From Okeania sp. (GTDB lineage: Bacteria > Cyanobacteriota > Cyanobacteriia > Cyanobacteriales > Microcoleaceae): a DNA stretch of 32,000 nt. The notes below the pieces were generated by a model. That model saw nothing but the letters and a program-made list of their open reading frames with translations, made no database searches and was not told where the DNA came from. The stretch is from the NCBI RefSeq assembly GCF_035285525.1, contig NZ_JAYKGW010000257.1, positions 17,397-49,396 on the forward strand. The letters run 5' to 3'. Position numbers and translations under genes: made by a program. Below, piece by piece: positions 29,201-32,000 of this stretch. The number at the start of each line of letters is the position of its first letter. The first letter of the stretch is position 1.

Positions 29201-29397
29201 CTCAGAAAATTCAAGAAATGGTTAATCCAGATGCAGAGATAATATTTAAACCTCTGCCACAAGATGACCCGAAACAGCGACAACCAGATATTACTCGTGC
29301 TAGAAAATATTTAGGTTGGGAGCCTACTGTTCCTCTCGAAGAAGGGTTAAAATTAACTATAGAAGATTTTCGAGAGCGACTCAGAGATAATGAATAA
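26203..29397 (+). CDS. uxs: UDP-glucuronate decarboxylase (UXS, extended SDR) interrupted by two inteins
   Basis: The exteins (141 + 31 + 139 = 311 aa) read continuously as a UXS: [12 protein letters not shown] Rossmann motif, STSEVYGDP, ...IGIRS|[31 protein letters not shown]|[22 protein letters not shown]...[18 protein letters not shown]. Confidence 0.93.
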   Translation: MRILVTGGAGFLGSHLIDRLMEQGHEVLCLDNFYTGTKRNIYKWLNHPYFELIRHDITEPIRLEADQIYHLACPASPVHYQFNPVKTIKTNVMGTLNMLGLAKRVKARFFLASTSEVYGDPDVHPQTEDYRGNVNCIGIRSCFDPETEILTEAGWIAFPDLQPDVKVATLNPEGKVEYHIPDEYIVQPYIGEMYRFANAKFDFCVTPNHWMYVRSETDHLKFIRADEDKHWHSWRALTGGDFGGEELEWFELGTPPRNAKVKVEKIPMDDWLEFLGYYISEGCVDVKKRARVVGGNDYDVADYNVLIAQENSEGRLKIANCLSRLGFKFFDGDEHQFQICSKQLAEVLLPLGKSGDKYIPRELFELSKRQLLILFNALILGDGSERGNCFTYYSKSKQLADDVQELALRCGYAASVVSHAIGRDLYRVNIRPAKDASLVEPERFHYVGKVYCVNVTNHVVFVRRNGRAAWCGQCYDEGKRVAETLAFDYHRQNKVDIRVVRIFNSLTGDQKVLYYICEKLYYETFAECYERINGDISNVSVPCFDENSRTVIKPISAIWKHHVKKKGFKIKTLWGKEIKITEDHSLFTRDENDRPQAAFGSELKVGDEIGVPSYISFLEQTLQPFHITDKILSKAEISVESQETISYLEKYGDKIREYLLAKGLNPEQLYSTLKNYEATNQIPWHLWEYLELPLPEKEKICYSSTKAVKNSISNVEDFLWLLGFYVSKGSLINNQIVFKGEAEKLSEVIERIFDFQPEINESGDVTIESKIIVDLIADGFNFGRKEKDIPNWILQLPPKQLIKFLQGFAEGNDVEDKLSSKFEFESDRQLVTEKLVLIFAKFGLVANVSEIEAQIYRITVEGLEYTNIQNLSNVQQKILAKTTGDIVWAKIESMEEFAIDDYVYDFSVPNYENFIGGTYSIFAHNTYGPRMLENDGRVVSNFIVQALQGIPLTVYGDGSQTRSFCYVSDLVEGFIRLMNQDFIGPVNIGNPGEYTILELAQKIQEMVNPDAEIIFKPLPQDDPKQRQPDITRARKYLGWEPTVPLEEGLKLTIEDFRERLRDNE
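26626..27621 (+). mobile_element. Intein 1 (332 aa) with a LAGLIDADG homing-endonuclease domain
   Basis: Block A is [14 protein letters not shown] (Cys1) and block B is VTPNHWMYV (TxxH). LAGLIDADG motifs are [11 protein letters not shown] and [11 protein letters not shown]. Blocks F and G are [24 protein letters not shown], followed by +1 Cys (CYDEGK). Confidence 0.9.
27715..28977 (+). mobile_element. Intein 2 (421 aa) with a degenerate LAGLIDADG domain
   Basis: Block A is [10 protein letters not shown] (Ser1) and block B is [10 protein letters not shown] (TxxH). LAGLIDADG-like motifs are [12 protein letters not shown] and [10 protein letters not shown]. Block F is [17 protein letters not shown] and block G is YSIFAHN, followed by +1 Thr (TYGPRM). 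Confidence 0.9.
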
Positions 29398-29418
29398 TGA
29401 ATAATGAATAATGAATAA
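29391..29418. repeat. Heptamer tandem repeat TGAATAA x4, the first unit containing the uxs stop codon
   Basis: Direct reading. The stop TAA is at 29395..29397. Confidence 0.9.
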
Positions 29419-29479
29419 TAAAGACTATCTCTAATTATCCATTATTCATTGAAAAAGAGAGGCTTTAAACTTCTAGGGA

Positions 29480-29521
29480 TTAATTATTAATTATTAACTA
29501 TTAATTATTAATTATTAATTA
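29480..29521. repeat. Heptamer tandem repeat TTAATTA x6 (one variant unit TTAACTA)
   Basis: Direct reading. Lies between uxs and ugd. Confidence 0.9.
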
Positions 29522-29559
29522 TCCATGTTTCTGTTAAAAAATCTTAGGATCATAAAAAT

Positions 29560-30927
29560 ATGCGTGTTTGCGTTATTGGTACTGGTTACGTTGGTTTAGT
29601 TACAGGAGTTTGTCTGTCTCATACAGGACATCATGTAATTTGTATAGACAACAACGAAGAAAAAGTTAAATTGTTAAAATCAGGACAGTCTCCAATCTAC
29701 GAACCGGGATTATCTGAACTAATGCAAAGTAGCACTCAAGCAGGGTTGCTAGAGTTTACATCTGACTTGAAAGCAGGAGTCGAACATGGTGATATTTTAT
29801 TTATTGCTGTGGGTACTCCTCCACTACCTACGGGAGAAAGTGATACTCGCTATGTGGAAGCGGTGGCAAAAGGTATTGGCGCTCACTTAACTACAGGTTA
29901 CAAAGTAATTGTTAATAAATCAACTGTACCTATTGGTTCTGGTGACTGGGTACGGAGGATTGTTTTAGATGGAGTTGAGGAACGTAAAAAAGAAGAAGGG
30001 GGAACTGCTGCAGAAATTGAAGCAGAATTTGATGTGGTGAGTAACCCAGAATTTTTGCGTGAAGGTTCTGCTATTTTTGATACTTTTAACCCAGACAGAA
30101 TCGTACTGGGAAGTAATAATCAAAAGGCTTTGGATATGATGCAGGAACTTTATGCACCTTTAGTAGAACGGAAGTTTGCTGACGATAAGTCTTTGCCACC
30201 AGTTCCAGTGGTAATTACAGATTTGAGTTCCGCAGAGATGATTAAATATGCTGCTAACTCTTTCTTGGCAACTAAGATTAGTTTTGTGAATGAGATTGCT
30301 AATATTTGCGATCGCGTTGGTGCAGATGTGGTTCAAGTATCTAAGGGTATTGGGTTAGACTCCCGTATTGGTAGTAAGTTTTTGCAAGCTGGTATTGGTT
30401 GGGGTGGTTCTTGTTTCCCTAAGGATGTTTCTGCTTTAGTTCATACTGCTGATGATTATGGTTGTGAAGCACAGTTGTTGAAAGCAGCGATTGATGTGAA
30501 TAAGCGTCAACGGATGATAACAGTGGATAAGTTGCAGCAGCATTTGAAAATTCTCAAAGGTAAGACTGTTGGGTTATTGGGTTTGACGTTTAAACCGGAT
30601 ACTGATGATATGCGAGATGCTCCTTCTCTAGATTTGATTCAAGAGTTGAACAGGTTGGGAGCGAAGGTGAAAGCTTACGATCCAATTATTTCTCAGTCTG
30701 GTATGCGTCATGGTTTAACAGGTGTGGTAGTTGAGACTGATGCGGAAAGACTTGCGGATCATTGCGATGCTTTGGTTTTGGTAACGGACTGGAAACAGTT
30801 TCGGCACTTAAATTATGCGAAGATGGTGAAGACGATGGAGCATAATTTGTTTGTTGATGGTCGTAATTTCTGCGATCGTAAAGAATTAGAAGCTGCTGGT
30901 TTTCAGTATGTGGGAATTGGTCATTAA
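29560..30927 (+). CDS. ugd: UDP-glucose 6-dehydrogenase
   Basis: 455 aa. N-terminal Rossmann motif VIGTGYVGLVTG, NPEFLREGSA, catalytic-Cys motif GWGGSCFPKD, and the C-terminal UDP-binding domain GLTFKPDTDDMRDAPS. Confidence 0.95.
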   Translation: MRVCVIGTGYVGLVTGVCLSHTGHHVICIDNNEEKVKLLKSGQSPIYEPGLSELMQSSTQAGLLEFTSDLKAGVEHGDILFIAVGTPPLPTGESDTRYVEAVAKGIGAHLTTGYKVIVNKSTVPIGSGDWVRRIVLDGVEERKKEEGGTAAEIEAEFDVVSNPEFLREGSAIFDTFNPDRIVLGSNNQKALDMMQELYAPLVERKFADDKSLPPVPVVITDLSSAEMIKYAANSFLATKISFVNEIANICDRVGADVVQVSKGIGLDSRIGSKFLQAGIGWGGSCFPKDVSALVHTADDYGCEAQLLKAAIDVNKRQRMITVDKLQQHLKILKGKTVGLLGLTFKPDTDDMRDAPSLDLIQELNRLGAKVKAYDPIISQSGMRHGLTGVVVETDAERLADHCDALVLVTDWKQFRHLNYAKMVKTMEHNLFVDGRNFCDRKELEAAGFQYVGIGH

Positions 30928-30973
30928 ATAGCTTTTAGCAGTTAGCTTTCAGCTAGCATTGGGGGGAAGGGAT

Positions 30974-31008
30974 AAACCCGGTTTCTTTAAGAAACCGGGT
31001 TTCTTTGG
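30974..31008 (+). terminator. Probable intrinsic terminator of the uxs-ugd unit
   Basis: Perfect 12-bp stem AAACCCGGTTTC / GAAACCGGGTTT with a 5-nt loop, followed by the T-rich CTTTGGTT. It starts 47 nt after the ugd stop. Confidence 0.7.
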
Positions 31009-31062
31009 TTGAATATTAAGGCTAATAAAACATCTTATTATATTAATATTGATGAGTGGGAA

Positions 31063-31293
31063 ATGGATTTAGATAATGCTTTTAAAGATGCTATTTTTGA
31101 AGCTAGTGTGGAAGCAAAAGGAGGTATTTATAAGCCTAATCAATTACGTCAAGTTGTAGATCAAGTGAATATTATGGATATAGCTAATAGATTGATAAAT
31201 TTGACATACAGTTATTCAAAAGAGGATTTGCGAGATGTGATTAATGATAAATTTTGTAAATTAACTGGTGGTGAAGATTGGAATTTTAAATAG
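31063..31293 (+). CDS. Hypothetical small protein (weak call)
   Basis: ORF only. The track start at 31009 is a TTG abutting the terminator hairpin, and the first in-frame ATG is at 31063. No recognisable motif. Confidence 0.3.
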   Translation: MDLDNAFKDAIFEASVEAKGGIYKPNQLRQVVDQVNIMDIANRLINLTYSYSKEDLRDVINDKFCKLTGGEDWNFK

Positions 31294-31480
31294 TAGGCTA
31301 TAAACCAATACAGTTAAGTTAAGGATTTCTTTTGCACTGCTTCAGAATTGTGTGATTTAATTTTTCTGGATGATAATAACTTAGAAAATTATGAGGCAGA
31401 AAAAATAACAGATGAAATAGTTGCCCCTATCCAGGACAGGAAGCAATCTAACTGCGCTTCTGATGATTAAAAACACTGTA

Positions 31481-31537
31481 GGGGCGGGTTTTACCAGAGA
31501 TTTCCCTGTCTAATCTGAGATTTACCTAAACCCGCCC
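31481..31537. repeat. Solo GGGGCGGGTTT ... AAACCCGCCC hairpin module
   Basis: Same arms as 15841, 21645 and 25627 but with a different loop sequence. Confidence 0.8.
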
Positions 31538-31568
31538 TCTTCTCTATAACATCAAAATGTGATTGTAA

Positions 31569-32000
31569 GTGGGGGGCGGGTTTAGTTAGCTGACTGGGAA
31601 TACCATTAGCGCTATCTAATGTGGGGGAGAGGGTTTAGTTAGCTGACTGGGAACACCATTAGCGCTATGGTGAAACCCGCTCCTACTAATGTGGGAGAGG
31701 GTTTAGTTAGCTGACTGGGAACACCATTAGCGCTATGGTGAAACCCGCCCCTACTAATGTGGGGGGGCGGGTTTAGTTAGCTGACTGGGAACACCATTAG
31801 CGCTATGGTGAAACCCGCTCCTACTAATGTGGGGGGGGCGGGTTTAGTTAGCTGACTGGGAACACCGTTAGCGCTATCTAATGTGGGGGGCGGGTTTAGT
31901 TAGCTGACTGGGAACACCGTTAGCGCTATGGTGAAACCCGCCCCTACTAATGTGGGGGGGCGGGTTTAGTTAGCTGACTGGGAACACCATTAGCGCTATG
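31569..32000. repeat. Tandem array of at least 7 hairpin-module units (long 68-70 bp, short 52-54 bp), truncated by the window end
   Basis: Unit boundaries are 31569, 31621, 31691, 31759, 31829, 31883 and 31952. A long unit reads GTGGGGGGCGGGTTTAGTTAGCTGACTGGGAACACCATTAGCGCTATGGTGAAACCCGCCCCTACTAAT. Short units (1 and 5) lack the 3' arm. Units are about 95 percent identical over their full length. Confidence 0.9.

Noticed and set aside
31569-32000. The regularly spaced repeats could be a CRISPR array.
   Set aside because: There are no unique spacers. Whole 52-70-bp units, including the would-be spacer part, are about 95 percent identical to each other. The unit is the same hairpin module found dispersed elsewhere, and no cas genes are in the window.
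31569-32000. The array as an NsiR1-like nitrogen-stress sRNA cluster, which in Anabaena is tandem repeats near a CHAT-domain gene.
   Set aside because: There is no TCCGGA-type promoter element in the units and no U-tail terminator. The array is 22 kb away from the CHAT gene and I can recognise no sequence resemblance. It is kept only as a generic multi-copy sRNA hypothesis in the findings.

Overview
This is an AT-rich chromosomal segment with the hallmarks of a filamentous, Nostocales-like cyanobacterium. It has many HIP1 octamers GCGATCGC (e.g. 13507, 16139, 24455, 30308), heptameric STRR tandem repeats, and intergenic regions saturated with small hairpin/MITE-like repeats. All product calls come from motif recognition by eye; no database search was possible.

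Gene content:
- A 2,907-aa secreted giant protein (208..8931, minus) that combines an FhaB/TpsA-type two-partner-secretion domain, about 2,100 aa of Gly/Asn-rich beta-helix repeats and a C-terminal CHAT caspase-like protease.
- A decayed toxin-antitoxin-like islet: a PIN-domain pseudogene and a probably frameshifted DUF4926-like gene.
- A lectin-RTX exoprotein.
- Housekeeping genes clpC, rimI, the lysA-cdaA-uppS operon, a DUF3143 gene, a J-domain membrane protein and lepA.
- A UDP-xylose pair (UDP-glucuronate decarboxylase plus UDP-glucose 6-dehydrogenase).

Most notable observations:
1. The UDP-glucuronate decarboxylase gene carries two separate LAGLIDADG inteins, so 753 of its 1,064 codons are intein. 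One sits one residue before the catalytic YxxxK motif and ends in a non-canonical Gly-Gln.
2. The TPS-CHAT giant gene has dispersed palindromic mini-elements inserted in frame and near-identical 72-bp tandem coding repeats.
3. A family of GGGGCGGGTTT...AAACCCGCCCC hairpin modules occurs solo, nested inside larger MITEs, head to head, and as a tandem array of at least 7 units that runs off the window end. This array is not a CRISPR.
4. A 215-bp direct duplication brackets a nested MITE in the 1.6-kb ORF-free region upstream of clpC.
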